64,000 nt of DNA from Bacteroidota bacterium (GCA_018266455.1 JAFEAJ010000016.1:12157-76156); one strand, 5' to 3'; positions 36,695 to 47,490 are shown, counted from the first letter of the stretch. A program made the numbers and translations. Notes: generated by a model not told the origin, from the letters alone.

Positions 36695-38482
36695 ATGACA
36701 GAGCCTAAACGATTGTTTGACTGTATTGCTTACCAATTAGCAAATTTTCCAAAAGACGACATGCTCGCTGCCAAAGAAAATGGCAACTGGAGAACTTACA
36801 GCACAAAAGAAATCCACCAGGCTGTGAACTGCCTTACAGCAGGGCTTTTGCAGCTCGGCGTTTCAGGAAATGACATGACGACCGAAAACCGGGACAAGAT
36901 TGCTATTATCGCAAACAACCGGCCGGAATGGCTTATTGCAGATATGGCTGTGCAACAATCCGGTGCCATATTGGTCCCTGTTTATCCTACAACAAGCCAG
37001 AATGAAATTGAATTTATTTTCAATGATGCTGCCGTGAAATATGTTTTCGTGAGCAGCGAAGACCTGCTTGAAAAAATAAAAAGCATCCAACATAAAGTTC
37101 CTTCATTGAAAGATATTTATACGTTCAATGAAATCCCAAACGTCAACCACTGGTCTAAATTATTATTGCCTGTTAATGACGATGCGCTCTCAAAAATTGA
37201 ATCGTCCAAACAAAAAGTAACAGATGATTGCCTTTGCACGATCATCTACACATCAGGAACAACGGGCGTTCCAAAGGGCGTGATGCTCAGCCATCGCAAT
37301 ATTGTAAGCTGTATTTTCCTATCCAAAGAAAGTTTCCCGTTCGAAAACAACCCATCTCAAAAGGCGCTGAGCTTTTTGCCGCTCAACCATATTTTCGAAA
37401 AAACCGTAAGTTATATCTACTTGTTCAGCGGCTATAGCATTTATTTTGCTGAGAGCCTCGAAACAATTGGCGCTAATTTACAGGAGCTCAAGCCTCATGT
37501 ATTCACCACCGTGCCAAGGCTTCTGGAAAAGGTGTATGAGCGCATTATGGCAAAGGGGGCTGAGCTTAAAGGCATTAAAAGAAAGTTGTTTTTTTGGGCT
37601 GTTGAACTGGGCAAAAAGTACGACAACAGGATCAGTAATGGGTTTTTTTACAACATACAATTAGCGATAGCGAATAAGATTATTTTTAATAAATGGAGAG
37701 ATGCGCTCGGAGGCTCTATCAGATATATTATTACCGGTGGCGCAGCCTGCCAGGAAAGACTGATGCGCATTTTCAATGCAGCTAAAATTCCATTGTATGA
37801 AGGGTATGGCCCTACCGAAAATTCGCCTGTCATTTCAGTGAACAGCCGCCTTCCGGGAAGGTGCAAGTTCGGCACGGTTGGCCCCGTCATTAAGGGCATT
37901 GAAGTGAAGCTGGAAGAAGATGGAGAAATTTGCGTGAAAGGCCCGACGATGATGGTCGGTTATTATAAACGCCCTGACCTCACAGCAGAAACTGTTATTA
38001 ATGGCTGGCTCCACACCGGGGACATCGGTACATTTGAAGATGGGATTTTTCTTCGCATTACCGACAGGAAAAAAGAGCTTTTCAAAACAAGCGGCGGAAA
38101 ATATGTTGCTCCTGCTGCTATCGAAAACAAACTGAAAGAATCGCGTTTTATTGAGCAGGTTATCATTGTTGGCCCTGAGCGGAAATTTGTGGGCGCACTG
38201 ATTGTCCCTTCATTCGCAGCCATTAGCGATTGGGGCAGGCACAATAATATTGTTTTCACATCCAACGAACAGATGGTTCACAACCCCCAAGTGCAGGCAT
38301 TTTATAAACAGATTGTTGAAAATTACAATCAAAACTTCAATCATGTGGAGCAGATTAAAAAATTCGAATTGCTGCCAAATGAATGGAGCATTGAAACCGG
38401 AGAGATGACTCCAAAGCTGAGCCTGAAGCGCAAAGTGATCATGGAAAAATACAAAAACGCGATTGAAAGGATCTATGCGTAA
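36695..38482 (+). CDS. Long-chain fatty acid-CoA ligase (AMP-dependent synthetase)
   Basis: IYTSGTTGVPKG, YEGYGPTE, WLHTGDIG, ITDRKKELFKTSGGKYVAP. Confidence 0.93.
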   Translation: MTEPKRLFDCIAYQLANFPKDDMLAAKENGNWRTYSTKEIHQAVNCLTAGLLQLGVSGNDMTTENRDKIAIIANNRPEWLIADMAVQQSGAILVPVYPTTSQNEIEFIFNDAAVKYVFVSSEDLLEKIKSIQHKVPSLKDIYTFNEIPNVNHWSKLLLPVNDDALSKIESSKQKVTDDCLCTIIYTSGTTGVPKGVMLSHRNIVSCIFLSKESFPFENNPSQKALSFLPLNHIFEKTVSYIYLFSGYSIYFAESLETIGANLQELKPHVFTTVPRLLEKVYERIMAKGAELKGIKRKLFFWAVELGKKYDNRISNGFFYNIQLAIANKIIFNKWRDALGGSIRYIITGGAACQERLMRIFNAAKIPLYEGYGPTENSPVISVNSRLPGRCKFGTVGPVIKGIEVKLEEDGEICVKGPTMMVGYYKRPDLTAETVINGWLHTGDIGTFEDGIFLRITDRKKELFKTSGGKYVAPAAIENKLKESRFIEQVIIVGPERKFVGALIVPSFAAISDWGRHNNIVFTSNEQMVHNPQVQAFYKQIVENYNQNFNHVEQIKKFELLPNEWSIETGEMTPKLSLKRKVIMEKYKNAIERIYA

Positions 38483-38755
38483 AGCAGGTTGAAATTTTTT
38501 GTGGTATCGGCATACCAACTTCTTTTAAGCATCGCTGCTACCTGTCCTGCAGCATTGCCGGATCACATTTCGCTCATCAGTTGTGCTGTTATTTAGCTTT
38601 TGCCCGCTGATTCATTTTCTTAAGAAAATCGAAACCGATCAAATTATTGCTTGCAAATTATTAACAAACCATGGAGCAAATTCTGCCTTCTTTTAACCAA
38701 AATCAGCTTAATTTTCCATTCAATTCTACACGAAAAAAATTATTTAAATTTTCTT

Positions 38756-39565
38756 ATGGAAAAAAAATTAGCTGGCCAGATAGCTATTATAACAGGAGCC
38801 AGTTCAGGTATTGGCGCAGGCGTAGCAAAATCATTATCAATCTCAGGCGCTACTGTGGTCATTAACCATCCTGTTGAAGCCACAAAAGCTGCTGCTGAAA
38901 TGGTGCTGGCAGAAATTAAGAACACCGGTGGCGAAGGGATCACTTATCAATGCGATGTGAGCAAGGAAGACGAAGTGATGAAAATGTTCGCTGATGTCAT
39001 CACTCAATTTGGCACAGTAGATATATTGATAAACAATGCCGGATTGCAGCGCGATTCACCATTTACAGAAATGACCTTGGAACAATGGGATCTTGTTATC
39101 AGTGTAAACCTCACTGGCCAGTTCCTGTGCGCACGTGAAGCCATCAAAGAATTTTTACGCAGGGGGATTGTTCCCGAAAAATCAAAAGCTGCCGGCAAAA
39201 TAATTTGCATGAGCAGCGTTCATGAAGTGATCCCCTGGTCAGGCCATGCAAATTACGCAGCCAGCAAGGGAGGCATTATGCTGCTGATGAAAAGCATCGC
39301 ACAAGAGTTTGCACCAAAAAAAATACGAGTGAACAGCATTTGCCCTGGCGCTATTCAAACACCTATTAATAAAGCTGCATGGGGCACTCCCGAAGCGCTC
39401 CAATCTTTATTAACGCTTATCCCATACCAGCGGATTGGGCAACCCGAAGACATTGGCAAGGCTGCCGTTTGGCTCGCCAGCGATGATTCTGATTATATCA
39501 CCGGCACTTCTATCTTCATTGATGGTGGAATGACGCTTTACCCTGGGTTTAGCACCAACGGATAA
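38756..39565 (+). CDS. SDR family oxidoreductase, glucose 1-dehydrogenase-like
   Basis: TGASSGIG, NNAG, SSVHEVIPW, YAASK. Start reassigned from 38651. Confidence 0.88.
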   Translation: MEKKLAGQIAIITGASSGIGAGVAKSLSISGATVVINHPVEATKAAAEMVLAEIKNTGGEGITYQCDVSKEDEVMKMFADVITQFGTVDILINNAGLQRDSPFTEMTLEQWDLVISVNLTGQFLCAREAIKEFLRRGIVPEKSKAAGKIICMSSVHEVIPWSGHANYAASKGGIMLLMKSIAQEFAPKKIRVNSICPGAIQTPINKAAWGTPEALQSLLTLIPYQRIGQPEDIGKAAVWLASDDSDYITGTSIFIDGGMTLYPGFSTNG

Positions 39566-39656
39566 AGAGAAGCTTGAATTGGGCATAAGCCAAAGGGCCC
39601 GAAATGGCTTTTATAAAATTTTTAAAGAACCAAAATATGCCTTCGGGTAAGCATTT

Positions 39657-42272
39657 ATGAATATCGAACGTCAACGCCTTCAAAATAAAGAATGGAAAAA
39701 ATGGGGCCCATATATAAGCGACCGCCAGTGGGGAACAGTTCGCGAAGATTACAGCTTCAATGGTGATGCATGGAACTATACTACCCACGATATGGCGCGC
39801 AGCAAAGCATGGCGCTGGGGTGAGGAAGGCATTGCTGGTATCTGCGATGATAAACAGCAGATATGCTTTGCCGTTAGCCTATGGAATAAAAAAGACCCGA
39901 TTATAAAAGAACGCCTATTCGGGCTTACTGGTGAAGAAGGCAACCATGGCGAAGATGTAAAAGAACTTTATTATTATCTCGATTCTGCCCCTACACATTC
40001 TTACATGAAGATGCTTTACAAATATCCCCAGGCCGAATTCCCCTACAAATGGCTGGTTGACGAGAATAAAAGGCGCACCAGGCTTGACCCTGAATTTGAA
40101 TTGATCGATACCGGCATCTTCAATGATGATCAATATTTCGATGTACTTGTGGAATATGCCAAAGCAGATGAAGAAGACATCCTGATAAAAATTTCAGTAT
40201 TGAACCATTCAAACAAGAGCGCATCACTAAATTTACTGCCAACTATTTGGTTCCGCAATACCTGGGCCTGGGGCTATGATGATTACAAACCTGGTTTATT
40301 TGCAATCTCAGATAATGTGATCGCATTACAGCATAGGAATGCCGGGGATTTTAAATTGTACTGCGGCAATAACAGCTTGCTTTTGTTCTGCGATAACGAA
40401 ACCAATAACCTAAAGCTGTTCAATTGTGATGACTGCAAAAAATACTATAAAGATGGGATCAATGATTTTATTGTTCATGGAGCGCATACGGTGAACCCTG
40501 ACCGTGGCGGGACCAAAGCGGCAGCGAATTATGACCTTGCTATCGGCCCGAACCAAACCCAAGTTGTTAGTTTAAGATTTAGCAATAAAGACCTAAGCAA
40601 CCCTTTCGATGATTTCGAAAATATTTTCAATCAAAGAATAAATGAAGCAAACGAGTTTTATGCAGAACTTCAAAAAGACCTGCCCAATGATGATGAAAAG
40701 CTTATACAACGACAGGCAATGGCAGGCATGTTATGGAACAAACAATTTTATTATTATGATATCGCTCAATGGCTGAAAGGCGACCCCTCTCAGCCTGCAC
40801 CTCCGAAGGAAAGATTAGAAGGCAGGAACAGTGATTGGAAACATTTGAACAACGCTGATATTATTTCAATGCCAGATAAATGGGAGTACCCATGGTATGC
40901 TTCCTGGGACCTGGGGTTCCATTGCATTAGCCTGGCACTAATTGATCCGGCATTTGCAAAAAAGCAGTTGATGCTGCTGACACGCGAGTGGTACATGCAC
41001 CCTAACGGGCAATTGCCCGCCTATGAATGGTCATTCAGCGATACCAACCCCCCGGTACATGCATGGGCTGCTTACAGGGTCTATGAATTGGACTGGCAAC
41101 AAAATGATGGAAAAAGAGATACAAGATTTTTAGAAGCTATTTTTCACAAGCTCCTTATCAATTTCACATGGTGGGTTAACCGAAAAGATGCTGAAGGGAA
41201 CAACATTTTTGAAGGCGGGTTTTTGGGAATGGACAATATCAGCCTGTTCGACCGGGACCAGCAATTGCCGGATGGCGCGCACCTGGAGCAATCAGATGGC
41301 ACAAGCTGGATGGCCATGTATTCATTAAACCTGATGCGAATGGCTTTGGAGCTCGCCCAAACAAATGCCGTGTACCAGGACATGGCTACAAAATTTTTTG
41401 AGCATTTTCTATACATAGCAGGGGCCATGGCCAGCATGGGCGAAAACAATTCAGGGTTATGGGACGAAGAAGATGAATTTTTTTATGACATCATCAGGAT
41501 GCCCGATGGCGAAGTGATCAAATTAAAAATCCGTTCCATGGTGGGGCTGGTTCCTTTATTTGCAGTTGAGGTCTTAGATGATGAACTGTTACAGTCGCAG
41601 CCAGAATTCATGGAACGCATGAAGTGGTTTTTAAATTATAGGCCAGACCTGGCAAACCTGGTTTCTCGGTGGCATGAAAAAGGAACTGATGAGAAGCACC
41701 TGCTGTCATTGCTGCGCGGACATCGCATGAAAAGGATATTGTACCGCATGCTCGATGAAACAGAGTTCCTGAGCGAATATGGTATAAGGGCACTATCTAA
41801 ATTTCATGAACTGCACCCTTATGAATTTAACGTAAACGGCCGGAAGCTCAGCGTGCAGTACACACCGGGAGAATCTACTACTCCGCTTTTCGGGGGCAAT
41901 TCAAATTGGCGCGGGCCGGTATGGATGCCGGTAAACTTCCTGATCATCGAATCGCTGCAGCGCTTCCATCATTATTACGGCGATGATTTTAAAGTGGAAT
42001 ACCCAAGCAATTCAGGGCAATATTTATCGTTGAATGATATTGCAACCGAATTGGGCAACAGGCTTTCCAGGATATTTTTAAAAGACCATAATGACAGAAG
42101 GCCGGTTTTTGGAACGAACAACAAGTTTCAGTTCGATCCCAATTTCAACAATTATATCTTATTTTATGAATATTTTCACGGTGATTATGGAAAAGGCATC
42201 GGCGCTTCGCACCAAACCGGTTGGACGGGGCTGATAGCAAAAGTCCTGCAGCCAAGAAAACTGGCGAACTAA
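39657..42272 (+). CDS. GH63/MGH1-like glycoside hydrolase
   Basis: WGTVREDYS, MPDKWEYPWYASWD, FLGMDNI, SNWRGPVW, YEYFHGD, GASHQTGWT. Confidence 0.88.
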   Translation: MNIERQRLQNKEWKKWGPYISDRQWGTVREDYSFNGDAWNYTTHDMARSKAWRWGEEGIAGICDDKQQICFAVSLWNKKDPIIKERLFGLTGEEGNHGEDVKELYYYLDSAPTHSYMKMLYKYPQAEFPYKWLVDENKRRTRLDPEFELIDTGIFNDDQYFDVLVEYAKADEEDILIKISVLNHSNKSASLNLLPTIWFRNTWAWGYDDYKPGLFAISDNVIALQHRNAGDFKLYCGNNSLLLFCDNETNNLKLFNCDDCKKYYKDGINDFIVHGAHTVNPDRGGTKAAANYDLAIGPNQTQVVSLRFSNKDLSNPFDDFENIFNQRINEANEFYAELQKDLPNDDEKLIQRQAMAGMLWNKQFYYYDIAQWLKGDPSQPAPPKERLEGRNSDWKHLNNADIISMPDKWEYPWYASWDLGFHCISLALIDPAFAKKQLMLLTREWYMHPNGQLPAYEWSFSDTNPPVHAWAAYRVYELDWQQNDGKRDTRFLEAIFHKLLINFTWWVNRKDAEGNNIFEGGFLGMDNISLFDRDQQLPDGAHLEQSDGTSWMAMYSLNLMRMALELAQTNAVYQDMATKFFEHFLYIAGAMASMGENNSGLWDEEDEFFYDIIRMPDGEVIKLKIRSMVGLVPLFAVEVLDDELLQSQPEFMERMKWFLNYRPDLANLVSRWHEKGTDEKHLLSLLRGHRMKRILYRMLDETEFLSEYGIRALSKFHELHPYEFNVNGRKLSVQYTPGESTTPLFGGNSNWRGPVWMPVNFLIIESLQRFHHYYGDDFKVEYPSNSGQYLSLNDIATELGNRLSRIFLKDHNDRRPVFGTNNKFQFDPNFNNYILFYEYFHGDYGKGIGASHQTGWTGLIAKVLQPRKLAN

Positions 42273-42321
42273 GCCGCAAAATTGTCGAAATCATTCAACT
42301 ATAGTTTCACTTTCAACATCC

Positions 42322-43770
42322 ATGGAAAACATTATTGAAGAAATAAGAAACCTTTTTCAATCCTACAGCCCAGCGGCTATACTTAGCATCGCAAAAATCC
42401 CCCAGTCAGGAAGCATCCGAATTTATTTTCGCATCACTACAAACGAAAAAAATTTCATTGCAGCGTATGGCGATAATGTAAAGGAGAACAGGGCATTTAT
42501 TTATTTCAGCAGGCATTTCAAAAAATGCAAGTGCCCCGTTCCTGAAATTTTCGCAGTAAATAAAGAAGGAACAATTTATATACAAGAAGATTTTGGCGAT
42601 GTTTCTTTGCTCAACAAGCTGGAAGAACATGGCTATAACGATTATGCGTATTCGCTTTTTCAGAAAAGCCTGGCAGCATTGGCACAGCTTCAGATTGAGG
42701 GCGACAAAAATTTAGATTACAGTTATTGTATCACTTCGAAAGAATTTGGTCTGCAGGCAATTTTAAGCGACCTCCTTTATTTCAAATACTACTTCCTGGA
42801 TGCATTGCAATTGCCTTACGATAAAGAAAAAATGCTGGACGATTTTGATAAGCTGAGCGAATACCTTTCAAAAGCTGATTATAAATATTTTATGTTCCGC
42901 GATTTCCAGAGCAGGAATATTATGATCAAAAATGAACAGCCGCATTTCATAGACTTCCAGGGCGGCATGAAAGGCGCATTGCAATACGATGTGGCATCTA
43001 TGCTGTGGCAGGCAAAAGCCAGCCTGCCTGACGAATGGAAAAATAACCTGCTCACCTATTATATGGATTGCACGGAAGCAATGCTGAACAAAGAAATTGA
43101 CCGCAGTCGTTTTGAAAACCGGTATAACGGTTATGTGCTCATCCGGTTGATGCAGGTGCTTGGGGCCTATGGCTTCAGGGGGCTGTTCGAACGCAAAGCG
43201 CATTTTCTTACCAGCATTCCACTGGGGCTAAGAAACCTCAAATGGTTTCTGAAAAATAAAACAATGGGCATTGATTTGCCAGAATTTCAACGAATGTTGA
43301 ACCGGATTGTGGAAGATGATATCATTAGGAGGTTTGAGCCGGTGCAGGCAAATGAAAAAACGCCTTTGCTTGTTCACATCAATAGCTTCTCCTATAAAAA
43401 AGGGATACCACAAGATGATACTGATAATGGGGGAGGGTTTGTATTTGATTGCAGGGGAATTTTAAACCCCGGAAGGATCGAAGAATTTAAAAAACTAACC
43501 GGCCGTGATAAACCTGTAAAAGATTACCTGGAGCAACAAACCAAAATGCCGGGTTTCCTGAACAGTGTTTTTGATATTGTTGACATTACTGTTGAAGATT
43601 ATATCAAAAGAAACTTCAACAGCCTGATGGTGAGCTTCGGGTGCACCGGCGGCCAGCACAGGAGCGTATATGCCGCAGACGCGCTGGCAAGGCACCTCCG
43701 AAACAAATTCCAGGTAAAAACTGTGCTTCATCATATTGAGCAGGAAGGAAAAAAATGGTTGAACAGTTAA
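42322..43770 (+). CDS. Phosphotransferase (APH/AmgK-like) fused to a RapZ C-terminal domain
   Basis: SGSIRIYFR, FRDFQSRNIM, IDFQG; C-terminal SFSYKKG..FVFDCR..FGCTGGQHRSV. Confidence 0.87.
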   Translation: MENIIEEIRNLFQSYSPAAILSIAKIPQSGSIRIYFRITTNEKNFIAAYGDNVKENRAFIYFSRHFKKCKCPVPEIFAVNKEGTIYIQEDFGDVSLLNKLEEHGYNDYAYSLFQKSLAALAQLQIEGDKNLDYSYCITSKEFGLQAILSDLLYFKYYFLDALQLPYDKEKMLDDFDKLSEYLSKADYKYFMFRDFQSRNIMIKNEQPHFIDFQGGMKGALQYDVASMLWQAKASLPDEWKNNLLTYYMDCTEAMLNKEIDRSRFENRYNGYVLIRLMQVLGAYGFRGLFERKAHFLTSIPLGLRNLKWFLKNKTMGIDLPEFQRMLNRIVEDDIIRRFEPVQANEKTPLLVHINSFSYKKGIPQDDTDNGGGFVFDCRGILNPGRIEEFKKLTGRDKPVKDYLEQQTKMPGFLNSVFDIVDITVEDYIKRNFNSLMVSFGCTGGQHRSVYAADALARHLRNKFQVKTVLHHIEQEGKKWLNS

Positions 43771-43882
43771 AACAGCATTATGCAATGACCAGCAGCACCG
43801 GGTTGCCATTCAAATGCATAATGTCTTTAACATGATTTATGTTGGCAACAGCCAACTGTGAACTCTGAACTATATTTGCTTC

Positions 43883-44791
43883 ATGTATTATATTGTTTTT
43901 GGCCTGTTGTACCTATTATCATTGTTGCCAATGCGGGCCTTGTATATGTTTTCTGATTTATTTTATTTTTTAGTTTATTATGTAACAGGTTACAGAAAAA
44001 AGGTGGTGATGCATAACCTGTTGGTCGCTTTTCCTGAAAAAACGGAAACAGAGCGGGTGGCAATTGCAAAACAGTTTTATAAAAATTTTATTGATTCATT
44101 CATCGAAGCGATAAAGCTCGTTTCCGCTAAGGATGATTTCCTGAAAAAGAGGTTCACTATAACCAACGCGGGCGCATTAAATGAGCTCCACCAGTCAGGC
44201 AAGTCCTGCCAGGTACACCTGGGGCATACTTTTAACTGGGAATGGGGGCAGTTGGTATTGCAAACATGTACGCTTTATAAATTAATGGTAGTGTATATGC
44301 CGATCAGCAATGCTGTTTTTGAAAAGCTGTTTTACAAAATTCGCACCAGGAATGGCAGCATTTTTTTGCCGGCAACGAGCATGAAATCATCAATGGCCCA
44401 TTACAAAAACTCACAGTATCTGTTAGCCCTTGTTGCAGACCAAAGCCCGGGAAACCTCCATGGGGCATACTGGCTGAATTTTTTTGGGAAGCCAACGGCT
44501 TTTGTGTCGGGCCCCGAAAAAGGAGCCCGCCTGAATAACCTGCCAGTAATCTTTGCCTATATTGAAAAACCACGGCGCGGCTATTATCATGCAGTTATTG
44601 ATATTGCCTGTGAAGATGCAGGCAAATTGCCGGAAGGAGAACTGACGGTAAAATATGTGCGCTACCTGGAGGAAGTAATAAAACGCAATCCATCTATGTG
44701 GCTATGGAGCCACAGAAGATGGAAACATCAATGGAAAGAAGAATATACAAAAAACTGGATTGATGAAAAACAACATCCAGCCATTGTTTGA
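43883..44791 (+). CDS. Lipid A/lysophospholipid acyltransferase (LpxL/HtrB-like)
   Basis: GHTFNWE, VADQSP, FFGKPT, WLWSHRRWK; -7 box TATATTTG at 43871-43878. Confidence 0.9.
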   Translation: MYYIVFGLLYLLSLLPMRALYMFSDLFYFLVYYVTGYRKKVVMHNLLVAFPEKTETERVAIAKQFYKNFIDSFIEAIKLVSAKDDFLKKRFTITNAGALNELHQSGKSCQVHLGHTFNWEWGQLVLQTCTLYKLMVVYMPISNAVFEKLFYKIRTRNGSIFLPATSMKSSMAHYKNSQYLLALVADQSPGNLHGAYWLNFFGKPTAFVSGPEKGARLNNLPVIFAYIEKPRRGYYHAVIDIACEDAGKLPEGELTVKYVRYLEEVIKRNPSMWLWSHRRWKHQWKEEYTKNWIDEKQHPAIV

Positions 44792-44914
44792 TTTTGCCTG
44801 TTATACTTTTTTAAGCCGTTATAACCAGCATACCTTGAAAGACCGGAATTGCAATGCTTGCTGCGAAAGGATATGGCGAACGTTAATTGGCAATTTTGCA
44901 TAAGCCAAAACCAG

Positions 44915-46321
44915 CTAGTTCAGGATGCTTTTCTCTTTTACTGTTTCTATATTCTTTTGCTCTTTAATGCTGTTCCAGCCTCCAGAAATATTTCGAAGGT
45001 TATGTATCCCCTGTCGTTTAAATAATGAAGCGGCTATTATGCTCCTGTAACCACTGCCGCAATGCAGGTAAAGATTTTGGGTATCTTCAAAGTTTGCCAT
45101 TGCTGCGGGGTCGTTCATTTCACTGAGCGGGATATTGACAGCGCCTTGTATATGCCCATCAGCAAATTCTGTTTCCCTCCTCACATCAACGACAACAAGG
45201 TTTTTGTCGAATTGTAAATCCATTGCAAGCTCATCTGCTTCTATATCGATAATCATATCCAAAGCATTACCAGCTTCTTTCCATGCATCGAGCCCGCCGT
45301 CCAGGTATCCTTTTATTTTATCAAATCCTACTCTTGCCAGGCGAACAATGCTTTCTTTCTCTTTCCCGATATCTGCAATCAACACAATCGGCTTATCAAA
45401 TGGCAATAAGCTTCCCGCCCACTCTGCAAATCTTCCATTTAACCCAATATTTATCGAGCCTGGCACAAAACCTTGTGAAAACACGGTTTCCGGCCTTGTA
45501 TCTAAAATAATAACATCTTCATCTTTTATTATTTTTTTAAGCTCCTCTGTTCCCAGTGGATTCAACCCCTGCTCCAGCACATGATCAAGGCTGTCATAGC
45601 CTTCTTTATTAATTTTTGCATTAACGGGAAAATATTTTGGGGGGATATTTAACCCTTCCGTGACCGATAGCACAAATTGTTCCTTGTTTGCAGCATTCAA
45701 AGCATAATTATATTTTTTTTCATCTGCAATGGTGCTATAAGTATCCGGGCCGAGGTTTTTTCCGCAACTGCTCCCGGCGCCATGCGCGGGGTAAACAATA
45801 ACTACGCCGGGCAAAGGCATTATTTTGCTGTGCAATGAATCATAAAGCATCGCCGCCAATTCTTCCTTGCCCAGGTTGCCACTGCTCAAATCGGGCCTTC
45901 CCACATCGCCAACAAAAAGCGTATCGCCTGTAAAAATTGCATGCGGCTTGTTCTTTTCATCTTTTACCAAAAAACAGGATGACTCAAGCGTGTGGCCAGG
46001 GGTATGCAACACCTCGATAGTGATTTTGCCTAATGTGAAGATTTCACCATCAGTTGCTTTATGGATCTTGAAATTGGTTTCAGTTCCGGGGCCATAGATA
46101 ATGGGGGCATTAGTGGCCCTGCTAAGATCCAGGTGGCCGCTTACAAAATCTGCATGAAAATGGGTCTCAAAAATATACTTGATCACCGAATTTCTTTCTG
46201 CAGCAAGCTGAAGATAAGATTCGATATCGCGCAAGGGGTCTATGATAGCCGCTTCTTTATCACTCTCAATATAATAAGTAGCTTCGCTGAGACAGCCAGT
46301 ATAAAGTTGCTTAATGAACAT
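44915..46321 (-). CDS. MBL-fold hydrolase with two rhodanese domains (persulfide dioxygenase-like)
   Basis: ETHFHADF, HTPGHT, GDVGRPDL, PAHGAGS; C-terminal rhodanese active-site LHCGSGYRS; -7 box at 46332-46339. Confidence 0.9.
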   Translation of the reverse strand: MFIKQLYTGCLSEATYYIESDKEAAIIDPLRDIESYLQLAAERNSVIKYIFETHFHADFVSGHLDLSRATNAPIIYGPGTETNFKIHKATDGEIFTLGKITIEVLHTPGHTLESSCFLVKDEKNKPHAIFTGDTLFVGDVGRPDLSSGNLGKEELAAMLYDSLHSKIMPLPGVVIVYPAHGAGSSCGKNLGPDTYSTIADEKKYNYALNAANKEQFVLSVTEGLNIPPKYFPVNAKINKEGYDSLDHVLEQGLNPLGTEELKKIIKDEDVIILDTRPETVFSQGFVPGSINIGLNGRFAEWAGSLLPFDKPIVLIADIGKEKESIVRLARVGFDKIKGYLDGGLDAWKEAGNALDMIIDIEADELAMDLQFDKNLVVVDVRRETEFADGHIQGAVNIPLSEMNDPAAMANFEDTQNLYLHCGSGYRSIIAASLFKRQGIHNLRNISGGWNSIKEQKNIETVKEKSILN

Positions 46322-46378
46322 AATTTTTCTGCAAAATTATGTATTTAAAAACAAGATAGAAATAGATGGGATTTGGGG

Positions 46379-46723
46379 CTATTCAATGAGGTTTTCAACA
46401 CATTTCATGACTTGCTCTACACGTCCGTCATCAATGGTGTAATAAATAAATTTCCCGTCCCGCTCGGTGGACACAATACCAGCCTTGCGCAAAATAGCCA
46501 AATGCTGGGAAGCGACGGATTGCTCTAACCTGAGCTGGACATATATCTCTGTCACGGTCATTCTTTTGTTCTCATCAAGCAGCCTCACAATCTGTTGCCG
46601 TAACTTATGGTTCACTGCCCTCAATATCATTGCGGCCTTTTTTAAGCTCACAAAATCAATTTTTAGCGGAGCACCATTTGAACCATTGATGAACATCCAG
46701 TGATTGCTTGAAGTCAGTGTCAT
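46379..46723 (-). CDS. ArsR/SmtB family regulator
   Basis: LRAVNHKLRQQI, EQSVASQHLAILR, RDGKFIYY; -7 box at 46754-46761. Confidence 0.9.
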   Translation of the reverse strand: MTLTSSNHWMFINGSNGAPLKIDFVSLKKAAMILRAVNHKLRQQIVRLLDENKRMTVTEIYVQLRLEQSVASQHLAILRKAGIVSTERDGKFIYYTIDDGRVEQVMKCVENLIE

Positions 46724-46812
46724 CAGGAAGTGATTTAAGAATCAGGAGATAAACAAAATTAACGCAGCCGGCCCAAAATATGAGAGCTAAATTTAATTAA
46801 TTGATAACCCGG

Positions 46813-47490
46813 TTATTTTTTAATATAAAAATGGAAATCTTTTATATAAGCGGGCTGACTGGAAATGGTGTCGGCGAATTGACCGATGATAAATTTTTCA
46901 TAGGCCAGGACAGACAGGTGTGCCGCATTATAAGGCACCTCTGCAAACCGAATATTGGGCAACATGGCAATATTTTTCCATTTTGCGCTGCCGCTCCCGA
47001 AAAAGTATATTTCTGCTGATTTAAGATGGCCTGAAAAGCTTTGATCATTCAAAATCATGGCTATTGGCGGCATCAGTTCTTTTAAACCGCATGTGTACAG
47101 GGCAGTAAAAACTTCCATCCTCCTCGCGTCAATCATGGGGCAGAGAAGCGAAGGCCCGGTATCTTTTATTTGAACAGTTGCGGCATAAGCCATTGTTTTC
47201 AAAGTGCTTTCCGTGATCAAGGGGATATTGAGCGCAAAGCAAAAACCTTTAGCTGCCGACATGCCTACCCGTAGCCCTGTGTATGAGCCAGGGCCATCAA
47301 TAACAGCAATGGCATCAAGATCTTTTACTGAACAGCCATTTAATTTCATCATGTCATCAATAGCTACATGAAGCCATGAAGCATGATCTTTCTGATTTTT
47401 GTTCTCGTGCAGCGATAACACTTTGCCATCTTTTGAAAGACAAATGCTTGCAGATTCTGTAGCCGTGTCAATATTTAATATCAGTGCCAT
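46813..47490 (-). CDS. tsaB: tRNA threonylcarbamoyladenosine biosynthesis protein TsaB
   Basis: LNIDTAT, GPGSYTGLRVG, PMIDARRMEV. Confidence 0.93.
   Translation of the reverse strand: MALILNIDTATESASICLSKDGKVLSLHENKNQKDHASWLHVAIDDMMKLNGCSVKDLDAIAVIDGPGSYTGLRVGMSAAKGFCFALNIPLITESTLKTMAYAATVQIKDTGPSLLCPMIDARRMEVFTALYTCGLKELMPPIAMILNDQSFSGHLKSAEIYFFGSGSAKWKNIAMLPNIRFAEVPYNAAHLSVLAYEKFIIGQFADTISSQPAYIKDFHFYIKK

Noticed and set aside
43776-43823. 9-bp inverted repeat CATTATGCA/TGCATAATG
   Set aside because: AT-rich, long loop, single copy, no U tract; could arise by chance
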